From Octopus vulgaris (lineage: Eukaryota), in contig OX597831.1 of NCBI GenBank assembly GCA_951406725.2, positions 76,570,001-76,634,000 of the forward strand: a stretch of DNA of 64,000 nt, in the 5' to 3' direction. The translations under genes were made by a program, and so were the position numbers. Under the pieces are notes generated by a model that was not told the origin of the DNA, did not search any database, and saw only the letters and a list, made by a program, of their open reading frames with translations. Shown in pieces: positions 56,450 through 64,000 of the stretch (positions within the stretch are counted from its first letter, which is position 1; the number at the start of each line of letters is the position of its first letter).

Positions 56450-59400
56450 ATATCTAATATCAAAGATCCTAACCTCTCCATCTAGAGTAAGAACCCAGTC
56501 CTGTAACAGCTTGGGGCTCAAAGCCCATAGCTTTTTAGAACCTTGCCAAAAAGCATACATATTTCTTTACTACCCACAAGGGGCTAAACACACGGATTAA
56601 GTCGATTATATAGACCCCAGTGCGTAACTGGTACTTATTTAATCAACTGCGAAAGGATGAAAGGCAAAGTCGACCTCGGCGAAATTTGAACTCAGAATGT
56701 AGCAGCAGACGAAATACCGCTAAGCATTTCGCCCGGCGTGCTAACGTTTCTGCCAGCTCGCCGTCTTAAAGCATACAGATATGAATATGTTCAAAGAACA
56801 TTTAGACAAATTTTTTATCTGATAAAGCAGATGAACCTACATCATAACAAGAAGCACAAAGAAGGACAGCTTTGTCCAACTCACTGCTTTACCAGACTGA
56901 GTTTTGAGATGACCGAGAAGTGAATATAAAATGCACAAGCATGAGCATAAATGGTGGTGCACCAGCATGGCCACAACCTCTAACTGAAGCCAATGAGGCC
57001 CAGGCATGGCTGTGTGGTAAGAAACCTACTTCCTAGCCACATGGTTCTGAGTTCAATCTTCTACTATAGCCTCAGGCCAACCAAATCCTTGTGTGTGGAT
57101 TTGGTAGGTGGAAACTGAAAGGAATCTGTTGCGTGTGTGTATGTATGTTCCCCATGACCTCTTGACAACTGGTGTTGGTGTGTTTACATCCCTGAAATAT
57201 AGCAGTTCAGCAAAAGCAGCCTATAGGGTAAGTACTAGGCTTAAAGAAATAAGTCCTGGGTTTGTCTAAAAATTCTTCGAGCCTATGCCCCAGCATGGCC
57301 GTTGTCTAATGACCAACACAAAGAAAAGATGCATCTTCTCTCTATATATAAACGGCAGTTTGTCTGTGTGTCTGTCACGTTGTACCCTCACCCTGACCAC
57401 GGCTTTCAACCGATTCTGATGAAACTTGACACACACATAGCCCAATGTCATAATTCAAAACTAACGCAGCGAAAATTTTGAAAAGTTCCCCCAGTTCTGA
57501 AAAATATCGATAAATTCGACATGGGGTCGAGAATCAGAAACACAAACCACAGACTGTCTAGGGGACGCAACTCGACCCTTTTAACTCTCAAAAAAAATTT
57601 ACCATCATTTTTTTGCTATTTTTTGGCTATAACTCTCTAAAAATGCTTTATAGTTATTTCCCTTACAAACCCGGGCAACGCCGGGCGATACTGCTAGTAA
57701 TAGATAAATGCAATGTATTTTACAGTCTTTTACCAAGACGGATCCTTCTTGACTTTGAATACTGGCTGGAGCAGTTCAATGAACACGCAGGGTCACCGTG
57801 TTCTCACTCAAGAAGCCATAATTGTTACCACCCATGGTAAGTGGATCTTTTTATTGTTGTTGTTGTTGTTGTTGTTGCAATGATGACCTACAGGTGGGTC
57901 ACAGCCAGCTGCAATGGGTGTGGATGTCTGGGGATTGTGATGTGTGTAACGAGGGAAAACTTGGGATCGAGGATAATGCTGAGGTCAGTTTTGTGTGGTG
58001 CGTAAAACGTGGGGCTTAGCTGTGTGTGGTGTGTGCAATACCTAGCTTTGTGTATAATATGATACTTAACTATGTTGTTTGATTGTATGACTTGTTTTAT
58101 TATACACTGCCTGGTTGTATGATGTAACTGCTTGTGGACAAATTATTGTCTGATTGTATGATAAAACAGATTGTGGATGGATTATTGTCTAATTGTATGA
58201 TAAAACAGATTGTGGATGGATTATTGTCTAATTGTATGATAAAACAGATTGTGGATGGATTATTGTCTAATTGTATGATAAAACAGATTGTGGATGGATT
58301 ATTGTCTAATTGTATGATAAAACAGATTGTGGATGGATTATTGTCTAATTGTATGATAAAACAGATTGTGGATGGATTATTGTCTGATTGTATGATAAAA
58401 CAGATTGTGGATGGATTATTGTCTAATTGTATGATAAAACAGATTGTGGATGGATTATTGTCTGATATGAATATGCTGCCAATGTATTGTATGTTGCTTG
58501 TGTGTGTTATATATTGTTTGATGATTGTATGATGTAATAGATTGGACAAATTATTATCTGATTGTATGATATAAATATTCTGTCAATATAGGCGCAGGAG
58601 CAGCTGTGTGGTAAGTAGCTTGCTTACCAACCACATAGTTCCGGGTTCAGTCCCACTGCGTGGCGCCTTGGGCAAGTGTCTTCTACTATAGCCTCGGGCC
58701 AACCAAAGCCGTGTGAGTGGATTTGGTAGACGGAAACTGGAAGAAGCCTTCCCTTCCAGACCTAGAGTTACGTGGTGGTGGAATAGTACAGTAGACAAAG
58801 CCATTAGAGCAAAGAAACAGGCCTGGAAAACTTGGAGGGGTGGGGGTAACAGGGAACTGTACCAGGTAGCCAGAAGGAAGGCTGGGTGGCAGGTATACAT
58901 AGCTAAGGGTGAAGCAGAAAAGAAGATGTTTGTCAATGTCCAGCAACGTGGGGATCAAAGAACTGAGGTATTTTGGATTGCAAGACAGTGTGTGAGAGAA
59001 AATTGTGATGTCACAGGAGGGAAATGGGTCCGCATGGATGATGGTGCACTTGCTTTCAATGTTTCTGAAAAGAAAAAGGCTTGGAGAAGCCATTATGAGA
59101 GACTGCTGAATGTGGAGAATGAATGGGAGAAGGAGAGCCTGCCAAATGTTGACCCAGTAGACGGAATTATCCGAATAGACAGCTCCCCAGTAGTTAAGGC
59201 AATTAAGGGTATGAAACCAGGAAAAGCCCCCGGCCCATCGGGAATCACTGCTGAGATGCTTAAAACAGCTGGTTGTGTGGGCTATGGCCTAGTTACCCAC
59301 ATTGTAAACCAGGTAGTTCATAATGGAGTCATACCCAATGACTGGCGTAGCAGCACCATAGTCAACTGCTACAAGGATAAAGGTGATGCTCTAGATAGAA

Positions 59401-62400
59401 ACAACTATAGGGGTATTAAACTGGTGGATCAGGTGATGAAGGTCACAAAGAGGGTCATAGCCCATCTCATCAGGGAGAGAGTTTGCTTAGATGAGATGCA
59501 GTTCAGTTTTGTGCCAGGTAGAAGCACCACTGATGCTATATTCCTGGTCCGACAACTGCAGGAGAAATACCTAGCTAAAGATAAACCCCTCTACATAGCT
59601 TTCGTGGACTTGGAGAAAGCCTTTGACAGGGTCCCCCGATCCCTTATCTGGTGGGCGATGCGGAAACTGGAGATTGATGAATGGTTAATAAGGGCTGTAC
59701 AGGCCCTATACTGAGAGGCTGTCAGCAAGGTTAGGATTGGCAATGAGTATAGTGAAGAATTCCGGGTAGAAGTAGGGGTCCACCAAGGTTCAGCCCTCAG
59801 TCCCCTTTTATTCATCATAGTCCTCCAGGCAATAACAGAGGGATTCAAGATGGGTTGCCCCTGGGAGCTCCTCTATGCTGATGACCTGGCCCTCATAGCA
59901 GAATCACTACCGGAACTAGAAAAGAAATTTCTGGTGTGGAAGCAAGGTTTAGAATCAAAGGGCCTTAGAATAAATGTAGCAAAGACCAACTTGATAGTAA
60001 GCAGAAAGGTGAACTCATCACACACACCCTCGGGCAGGTGGCCCTGCTCGATCTGTAGGAAAGGTGCAGGTAGAAACTCCATAAGATGTACCCATAAGAA
60101 GCATCAGATGTGGTGTGCAAGAGAGACGTTTGTGCTGGTATGGTCATGTACTGCGGATGGATGAGGAGAGATGTGTGAAGAAGTGCCACTCCCAAACAGT
60201 TGAAGGTATCAGGAGGAGAGTTAGACCCAGGAAGACATGGGATGAGGTAGTCAAGCATGACTTTCGAACGTTGGGCCTCACAGAGACAATGATGAAAGAC
60301 GGAGATCTCTGGAGATATGCTGTGACTGCAAAGACCCTGGCCAGCGCTACCATGACTGGTTTCTGTACCGGTGGCACATGACCTGCTGTGCTTGCGGCGA
60401 CCTATTGAGTCAAGTACATCAACATCAAAATTAATATCAAATGGAAATAGTAGTTGTGATACCTGTGCTGGTGGCACGTATAAAGCACCATCCGAACGTG
60501 TCCGATGCCTGCGCCGCCTTGACTGGCTTCTGTGCCAGTGGCACGTAAAAATCACCAACCGATCATGGCCGCTGCCAGCCTCCCCTGGCACCTGTGCCAG
60601 TGGCATGTAAAAAGCACCCACTACACTCATGGAGTGGTTGGCGTTAGGAAGGGCATCCAGCTGTAGAAACACTGCCAGATCAGACCCCAGTCGAACCATC
60701 CAACCCGTGCTAGCATGGAAAACGGAGGTTAAACGATGATGATGATGATATATATATATTCGGTGTTTCTCCCCCACCATTGCTTGAGAATTGATGTTCG
60801 TGTGTTTACGTCCTTGTAACTTATCGGTTCAGCAAAATAGACTGATAGAATAAGTACTAGGCTTACAAAGAATAAGTCCTGGGCTCAATTTGTTCGAGTA
60901 AAAGCGGTGCTCCAGCATGACCGCAGTCAAATGACTGAAACAAATAAAAGAATTCTGTCAATCTATTGTATGTTGTTTGATTGTATAACTTGATGTGTTA
61001 GATATTGTTTGATGGTTGTATGATGTAAAACACTGGTCAAATTATTGTCTGATTGTATGATAGAAATATACTGTTGAAGTATCATATTCGTTTCCTTTAT
61101 AATATATCTTCTTATATTTTCTTTCCCACCAAATGCTGTGTCCATCCTTAACAGAAATTGGTAAGTTAGCATTGTCTTAATCTTTATATTTTTGCATCCC
61201 ACAACACAAATACTGAATAATGTGGTGCTCCGGCATGGCCATGGAAGTTAAAACAAACTAAATACCTGTTTCTTTACTACCCACAAGGGGCTAAACACAG
61301 AGAAGACAAACAAGGACAGACAAACGGATTAAGTCGATTATATCGACTCCAGTGCGTAACTGGTACTTATTTAATCGACGCCGAAAGGATGAAAGGCAAA
61401 GTCGACCTCGGCGGAATTTGAACTCAGAACGTAGCGGCAGACGGAAATACCTCTACGCATTTCGCCTGGCGTGCTAACGTTTCTGCCAGCTCACCACCTT
61501 CTAAAACAAACTAAATACCGCCACCACCACCAAACTGTGTTTTTTATATGGTTTAGTTACTCATTATTCAGGTAGTGATTGGTCATCACATGTCTAAGCG
61601 TCAAGTACACAGACAGAAGCACAACTGACTTCTTTGACAAGAAGCTTGCTTCTCAACCATATGGTTTTCGGTTCAGTCCTGCTGTGCAGCACTCCTAATG
61701 CCAACCACTCCAAGAGTGTAATGGGTACTTTTACATGCCAATGGCACGGGTGCCATTTGCATGACAACAGGGTGTGTTTAAGTGCCACCGACACAAGTGC
61801 CAGTTTGTGCGACACCGGTATCTGTCACAACTGCAATTCTGCTCAGTTTGATGGGTCTTCTTTTAAAGCACGACATAATGCCAAAGGTCTCGGTCATTGC
61901 CTCCATGGGGCCCAACACTCGAAAGGAACACAGCTGCCTTGCCTCCATGCATGTATGCATGCATCTTTGTGTTTGTTCCCTCCAACTCCCATGCCACTTG
62001 ACAACTGGTGTTGGTTTGTTTATATCCTTGTAACTTAGCAGTTTGGCAAAAGCAACTAGTAGAATAAATACCAGACTTTAAAAAAAAAAAAACCCAAAAA
62101 TCAAGTAATGACGGGGTTGATTTGTTTGAGTAAACCTTTTCAAGGCAGTGCTCCAGCATGGCCACAGCCCAGCGACTGAAACAACCTGAAGCTAAAAGAC
62201 AAAAAATTTAAATATCAGGGATCAATGAGTTGCTAAGTGATTTTGGGTTCAGACCAGATTTTTTTGTTTTTTTCTTTTTGTTGTTGAAGGGGTTAGTGTG
62301 TCCTTATTTCATTGGTTTTTTTTTTACATCAGGCCATAACTGGGGTAGTGAGCATGACCCTGGCGAGGGCATCTGTTCCCCTTCATCATTTGACAATGGA

Positions 62401-62451
62401 AAATACGTCATGTACCCTTATGCTGTCTCAGGGTATGAATTAAATAACTAT
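13949..62451 (+). CDS. ADAM17: ADAM17/TACE-like metalloprotease gene, 13 coding exons in the window, 3' part (disintegrin/TM/tail) beyond the window
   Basis: Manual splicing gives a continuous 444-codon frame with a signal peptide, prodomain, Cys-switch-like LYCG, furin site [47 protein letters not shown] and Met-turn VMYPYA. It is colinear with ADAM17 as recalled. All introns are GT-AG with matching phases. Strict orthology versus an ADAM10/17 paralog is untested. Confidence 0.9.
15718..16223 (-). mobile_element. Non-autonomous Helitron-like element (copy 1)
   Basis: 5' A|TCTATATATATAAA, 3' hairpin CCCGAGCAACGCCGGG then CTAG|T. Confidence 0.85.
16340..16856 (+). mobile_element. Non-autonomous Helitron-like element (copy 2, inverted relative to copy 1)
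   Basis: Same termini and body as 15718-16223; A|TC...CTAG|T. Confidence 0.85.
17206..17475. repeat. 81-bp inverted repeat enclosing a 102-bp inverted copy of 15216-15317
   Basis: Arms 17206-17286 and 17395-17475; insert 17294-17395 matches the reverse complement of 15216-15317 with one mismatch seen. Confidence 0.9.
18429..18671. mobile_element. MITE with ~80-bp TIRs and 9-bp TSD (Mutator-like)
   Basis: GGTACTACTT...AAGTAGTACC; CATCTTATC at 18420-18428 and 18672-18680. Confidence 0.88.
18853..19244 (+). mobile_element. Full-length tRNA-derived SINE
   Basis: A box TGGCCTAGTGG, B box GGTTTCGATTCC; TSD TTATCAGCTT at 18843-18852 and 19245-19254. Confidence 0.85.
20734..20864. mobile_element. 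hAT-like MITE nested in a SINE
   Basis: CAGTGGTTCTTGAC...GTTGAAGACCGCTG termini; 8-bp TSD GACCAAAG/AACCAAAG (7/8). Confidence 0.65.
23313..23442 (+). CDS. ADAM17: ADAM17-like exon 2 ([13 protein letters not shown]...KGLGR, prodomain)
   Basis: ttttgcag acceptor, AG|gtaggt donor; resembles the ADAM17 prodomain start, including a basic KR site. Confidence 0.88.
24292..24425 (+). CDS. ADAM17: ADAM17-like exon 3 ([26 protein letters not shown]...FYQGALQ)
   Basis: tttttatccag acceptor, G|gtgcgt donor, prodomain similarity, phases 2/1. Confidence 0.88.
25002..25460. repeat. 28-bp minisatellite (GACTCAGACTTCAGTCTCACTCACTCTT)n, ~16 units
   Basis: Direct periodicity; a decayed relative lies at ~23620-24040. 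Confidence 0.9.
25643..25731 (+). CDS. ADAM17: ADAM17-like exon 4 ([30 protein letters not shown])
   Basis: pyrimidine tract plus gcag, GAG|gtgagc, phases 1/0. Confidence 0.88.
26637..26871 (+). mobile_element. SINE family B, representative copy (tRNA-like head, GCCTTTCATCCTTTCGGGGTCGAT core resembling the Meta domain)
   Basis: Copies at ~8754-9172 (two), 13381-13570(-), 18125-18302, 27775-27965, 32278-32452(-), 41110-41315(-), 56560-56765(-), 61262-61500(-). Confidence 0.85.
27171..27570 (+). mobile_element. SINE family A, representative copy (tRNA head, CORE-like segment, internal TA/TG microsatellite, AAAAGAGT tail)
   Basis: Near-identical copies at ~6047-6492, 9541-13315 (split), 15297-15575, 19553-19965(-), 28365-28769(-), 34137-34858(-), 43080-43493, 43537-44195, 50108-50509, 51560-51960(-), 52880-53280(-), 58588-60951 (split), 63410-63575. 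Confidence 0.9.
29441..30397. repeat. Four tandem 242-bp units, each a TTAA-CCCTT...AAGGG-TTAA MITE (piggyBac-like), nested in a related MITE (~29388-30570)
   Basis: TTAACCCTTT starts at 29441, 29683, 29925, 30167; the first three units end AAAAGGGTTAA, the last AAAAGGGTTTTAA. Confidence 0.88.
31029..31126 (+). CDS. ADAM17: ADAM17-like exon 5 ([22 protein letters not shown]...)
   Basis: ctctccag acceptor, AA|gtaagt; E-P-x-W-R and MIIYK-SD motifs as in ADAM17. Confidence 0.9.
33071..34112 (-). mobile_element. R4/Dong-like LINE 3' part (CCHC finger plus RLE) abutting (TAA)n
   Basis: [51 protein letters not shown]; 3' end joins the TAA microsatellite at 33044-33070. Confidence 0.88.
34392..34690 (+). 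mobile_element. Repeat family C, representative copy (GGTGGCACGTAAAAAGCACC units, GGAAGGGCATCCAGCTGTAGAAA block, (GAT)n tail)
   Basis: Copies at ~22745-22972, 25885-26160(-), 28978-29300(-), 35305-36282 (several), 36372-36710(-), 37540-37728, 54037-54500(-), 54767-55005(-), 62560-62975; also forms the 3' end of RTE fragments. Confidence 0.85.
35139..35230 (+). CDS. ADAM17: ADAM17-like exon 6 (QLYCGVQPG..., cysteine-switch region)
   Basis: tgtttcag acceptor, G|gtaaat, phases 2/1, CG motif. Confidence 0.85.
37988..38154 (+). CDS. ADAM17: ADAM17-like exon 7 (furin site RSKR; start of catalytic domain [13 protein letters not shown]...TANYL)
   Basis: tttttag acceptor, TTA|gtaagt, reprolysin N-terminal motif. 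Confidence 0.92.
38375..39300 (-). mobile_element. 5'-truncated RTE-clade LINE (family 2) with family-C 3' end
   Basis: [33 protein letters not shown]; continues into the C block and (GAT)n tail. Confidence 0.85.
39346..39628. repeat. 52-bp inverted repeat (fold-back or MITE-like)
   Basis: Arms 39346-39397 and 39577-39628, few mismatches. Confidence 0.75.
42010..42660. repeat. Compound (GAT/GGT)n repeat with ~60-bp higher-order units
   Basis: Recurrent GTGATTGATGGTAAAGATGGTGGTGGAGG. Confidence 0.9.
42737..42829 (+). CDS. ADAM17: ADAM17-like exon 8 ([31 protein letters not shown])
   Basis: tttcag acceptor, CAG|gtatgt, RVDxIYRxTxW motif. Confidence 0.92.
43746..43883. repeat. ~53-bp-arm palindrome with a minus-strand CUGAAGA...GAAA core (Penelope-like fold-back end)
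   Basis: Arms 43746-43798 and 43830-43883. Confidence 0.7.
45124..45711. mobile_element. Head-to-head pair of tRNA-headed, (TAA)n-containing elements with a hammerhead-like 3' module
   Basis: Minus copy ~45124-45476 with A/B boxes; plus copy ~45477-45711 truncated in the B box; CTGATGA...GAAA core at ~45593-45626. Confidence 0.7.
45830..45907 (+). CDS. ADAM17: ADAM17-like exon 9 ([26 protein letters not shown])
   Basis: ttccag acceptor, GAG|gtaagt, YN...W...LLE pattern, phases 0/0. Confidence 0.88.
46778..46823 (-). ncRNA. Minimal type I hammerhead ribozyme-like motif
   Basis: GACAC-CUGAUGA-a-GGCUG(gagggtatat)CAGCC-GAAA-CG-UU-GUGUU: stems I and II pair; helix III is the palindrome AACGUU. 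Confidence 0.6.
47300..49890 (-). mobile_element. Degraded RTE-clade LINE (family 2), RT with YADD and an internal Cys/His finger
   Basis: [57 protein letters not shown]...CGRC; several frameshifts. Confidence 0.9.
50545..50833 (-). mobile_element. Internally deleted Tc1/mariner remnant
   Basis: TACAGGGTGATTCAAAA terminus; [21 protein letters not shown] motif. Confidence 0.7.
50923..51465. repeat. Degenerate telomere-like (CCCTAA/CCTAAA)n tract bounded by TGATCTAC/GTAGATCA
   Basis: ~500 bp of decayed TAACCC units; 8-bp inverted ends. Confidence 0.7.
52066..52204 (+). CDS. ADAM17: ADAM17-like exon 10 ([46 protein letters not shown])
   Basis: cacag acceptor, C|gtaagt, hallmark ADAM10/17 motifs. 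Confidence 0.95.
52245..52665. repeat. Degenerate (TTGG/GGTC)n tetranucleotide repeat
   Basis: Direct periodicity. Confidence 0.85.
55523..56394 (-). mobile_element. Mariner-derived element with ~250-bp inverted ends and an N-terminal transposase fragment
   Basis: TA flanks; [50 protein letters not shown]. Confidence 0.85.
57334..57697 (+). mobile_element. Non-autonomous Helitron-like element (related subfamily)
   Basis: TC start, near-identical 3' end TTATTTCCCTTACAAACCCGGGCAACGCCGGGCGATACTGCTAG|T, different internal sequence. Confidence 0.8.
57726..57836 (+). CDS. ADAM17: ADAM17-like exon 11 ([36 protein letters not shown])
   Basis: ttttacag acceptor, CATG|gtaagt; ends with the first zinc-ligand His plus 1 nt. 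Confidence 0.93.
58143..58470. repeat. 39-bp minisatellite (TTATTGTCTAATTGTATGATAAAACAGATTGTGGATGGA)x~8
   Basis: Near-perfect units; decayed units extend to ~58580 and resume at ~60963-61070. Confidence 0.95.
58749..60750 (+). mobile_element. Degraded RTE-clade LINE (family 2) nested in a family-A SINE
   Basis: [29 protein letters not shown]; internal deletion near 60095; outer SINE flanked by ATTCTGTCAAT at 58577-58587 and 60952-60962. Confidence 0.9.
61155..61160 (+). CDS. ADAM17: ADAM17-like exon 12: 6-nt microexon AAATTG completing Glu-Ile-(Gly) of HEIGH
   Basis: ccttaacag|AAATTG|gtaagt with an upstream pyrimidine-rich tract; G+AA=E, ATT=I, G+GC=G restores HExxHxxGxxHD exactly. Confidence 0.85.
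62333..62451 (+). CDS. ADAM17: ADAM17-like exon 13 ([40 protein letters not shown])
   Basis: poly-T tract plus catcag, TAT|gtgagt; second and third zinc His and Met-turn. Confidence 0.95.
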
Positions 62452-63357
62452 GTGAGTATTTTTGTTTCCATGCTTTTGGGGTTTTTTTTTATTTATGTTT
62501 TTTTTTTAATATCTTTTATATATTGTTCAAAAATCAAAATCAAGATCGAAATCAAAATGGAAATTGTAGTTGTGGCCGATGCCAGTGTTACCTGACTGGC
62601 ACCCGTACTGGTGGCACGTAACAAGCACCATTCAATTGTGGGTCTACGCCAGTGCCACCTGACTGGTCCCTGTGCCAGTGGAATGTAAAAAGCACCGTCC
62701 AAACGTCGTTGATGCCAGTCCGCCTTCCCATCTGGCTCGTGTGCCTGTGACACGTAAAATATACTATACGAACTTAATTAATGCCTGGCTCCCATGCCGG
62801 TGGCACATAAAGACCACCCACTACACTCTCTGAGTGGTTGCTGTTAGGAAGGGCATCCAGCTGTAGAAACCCTTTCTGATCAGATTGGAGCCTGGTGCAG
62901 CCTCCTGGCTAGCCAGCCCTCAGTCAAACCGTCCAACCCATGCCAGCATGGAAAGCAGATGTTAAACGATGATGAGGATAATGTTGCATTGTATGGTTTG
63001 CAATTTCATTGTTGTCGTGGTTGGGTGGTAAGCAGCTTGCTTCCCAGCTGCATGGTTTCAGGTTCAGTCCCACTGCTTGGTGTCTTGGGTGGTTGTATTC
63101 TGCTCCAACCTGAGGCCAACCAAAGAGGATTTGGTAAATGCAAACTGAAATCGCTAAACACTCAATCCTATTCTTCATTCTGTTTCTTTGCTATTTTCTT
63201 CTTTATTATCGGCTCTTGAAGATAGACTTGTAATTTATAGTCAATTTGACTTTTCATCTTTTATATTTGTTTCTTTGAGAGTAGATTTAGTGGATGGAAA
63301 CTGAAAGAATCCCATCATGTATATATATATGTGTGTGTTTGTGTATGTCTATATATA

Positions 63358-63392
<35 letters not shown>

Positions 63393-64000
63393 TCCACATG
63401 TATATATATAGGCACAGGAGTGGCTATGTGGTAAGTAGCTTGCTTACCAACCACATGGTCCTGGGTTCAGTCCCACTGCATGGTACCTTGGGTGAGTGTC
63501 TTCTATTATAGCCTTGGGTCAACCAAAGCTATGTGAGTGGATTTGGTAGACAGAAACTGGAAGAAGCCCGTCATGTTTATATATATATTATATGTATTTC
63601 ATATCTTTTGTTTCCTACATATGTTTCACCATTGTGGTTATTTGTATGCTCTGCATCAGATGTTTTTAGTGCAGTTGGTCACTGAACCATAACAGCAGGA
63701 ATCAAGATCTTACTAGAAATGATTAGAGAAGATACCGGCATAAAACTCTGATTCTGAAACCAAAGTCTTGATGGGGAACAAGGACAGTTGGAAACAGAGA
63801 GTGAAGGATGTCTCCAACTGTTTTGCATATGGAGGACTGGTGGTGACGATACACATAAAGTGTATGAGCAGGGGTGGGGGAATATGTGTGGGTTCAAGCC
63901 TTGCTGTCTTCGTATTTCATGTTGATTGCTAATAAACATCAGCATCATATAAACAGTGTTCAGCATTTGCAATCTGCCATGAAAACATGTCTGGCCATTG

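Noticed and set aside
58100-58549. Repetitive ORFs and CRISPR-like periodicity
   Set aside because: 39-bp head-to-tail minisatellite with no unique spacers and no cas genes, in a eukaryotic intron
57837-62332. Reading the gene as a naturally inactive ADAM or pseudogene with motif HGHNWGSEH
   Set aside because: A well-flanked 6-nt exon restores the canonical motif, and all other exons are intact
62452-64000. Next ADAM17 exon (expected FSxCS...)
   Set aside because: No matching frame with splice sites found; it probably lies beyond the window

Overview
Repeat-dense, AT-rich eukaryotic DNA, very likely from an octopus. That assignment is inferred from the SINE families and the microsatellite load, not from a search. 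The main gene is a spliced ADAM17/TACE-like metalloprotease on the + strand. I reconstructed 13 coding exons (13949-62451; 1332 nt, 444 codons, all GT-AG with consistent phases), running from the signal peptide through the prodomain to the catalytic domain, and the gene continues beyond the window. The key observation is that the zinc-binding motif [12 protein letters not shown] can only be built by including a 6-nt microexon (AAATTG, 61155-61160) that completes the catalytic Glu codon. Skipping it keeps the frame and would give a protease-dead isoform. The rest of the window holds: a probable last exon of an unknown gene (2239-3274); a young GC-rich RTE/BovB-like LINE with a twin-priming-type 5' inversion; RTE, R4/Dong, CR1 and Tc1/mariner remnants; three Helitron-like elements, two of which form a ~500-bp inverted pair; MITEs, one amplified into a 242-bp tandem array; tRNA-headed elements with hammerhead-like cores; two local templated insertions; and many SINEs and mini/microsatellites. 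Most ORFs in the supplied track are repeat-derived noise. Repeat coordinates are read by eye and approximate unless a TSD or terminus is quoted.
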